NCBI GenBank assembly: GCA_053919585.1
Contig: CM132819.1
Source of the DNA: Euprymna scolopes
Lineage: Eukaryota
Strand: one strand, 5' to 3'
Length of the DNA: 64,000 bases
Below, in pieces: positions 63,403-64,000 of the stretch. The first letter of the stretch is position 1, and the number at the start of each line of letters is the position of its first letter. The notes below the pieces were generated by a model, which saw only the letters and a program-made list of their open reading frames with translations, was not told where the DNA came from and made no database searches. Position numbers and translations under genes: made by a program.

Positions 63403-64000
63403 AAATTATATATATAAATATTAAATTAAAAACGCTTTCAAATAAGTGAAAATATGCATATACACACAAAAACACTTATCCAGGTAGGTAGAAGAGCAGT
63501 TTATCTAGCTTTTTGTAACATTTATTTGCAACACATTTTTTTTTCATCCTTTTTTGTTCTGTTAAGTACATGACAAAATTCTCCAGATTTTTATTAAATT
63601 AAAAAAAAGTCAATTATTAAAAATGTTTTATTTACAAACAATTTTTATTTTAATAAAAAATATGCACATAAAAACGCGTTTGTAAATAAAATTATGTATC
63701 TGAAACTCATTTATCTTGTAAGCAGACGAAGATGGATAATATGCAAATCTTTTTTTAATTAAAACTAATCTGAGTAAGAAGTTTTTTATATTTATTTTAA
63801 GTAGAAATCTTTTTAGACTGAGGCAATTTAAATTTTTGTCCCAATCCAGAGTGCCCTTTTCTTTTTTTTTAGACGAGCTACATTAAAATCCAACCTTAGA
63901 AATTTATTAAAATTGAATGCATTTATAATTGAAAAACAAAATGTATAGTTACACACATTTTGTTTCCCACTAGGGCAGATTAGACACAAGGTCGGTTTTT

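Overview
AT-rich invertebrate (metazoan) genomic DNA. The whole window lies inside one minus-strand gene whose start and end are outside the window. It is a tandem array of single-domain exons, each encoding one LDL-receptor class A (LDLa) module. I count 41 exons with intact AG/GT splice sites (34 x 120 nt, 5 x 123 nt, 1 x 117 nt, 1 x 111 nt; 4923 nt, about 1641 aa) plus 5 decayed or relic exons. All are symmetric phase 1-1 and every possible junction codon is NCN (Pro/Ser/Thr), so any subset can splice in frame without a stop. Nearly every acceptor is preceded by a CAC/GCAC-rich element (UGCACUGCAC exact in 30 of 41), resembling binding sites of the MEC-8/Couch potato/RBPMS splicing regulators. 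About 9-47.5 kb is a higher-order repeat: five ~6.7-9.6 kb units of up to five exon types, with chimeric exons, exon death and unit-specific TE insertions. Introns hold CR1/L2-like and RTE-like LINE fragments, Penelope-like relics, non-autonomous Helitron-like elements, MITEs and (TA)n tracts. There is one 144-N gap. Gene identity cannot be fixed from this window; an expanded perlecan-like LDLa region or an LRP-like/novel LDLa protein are candidates. All coordinates and counts were read by eye.
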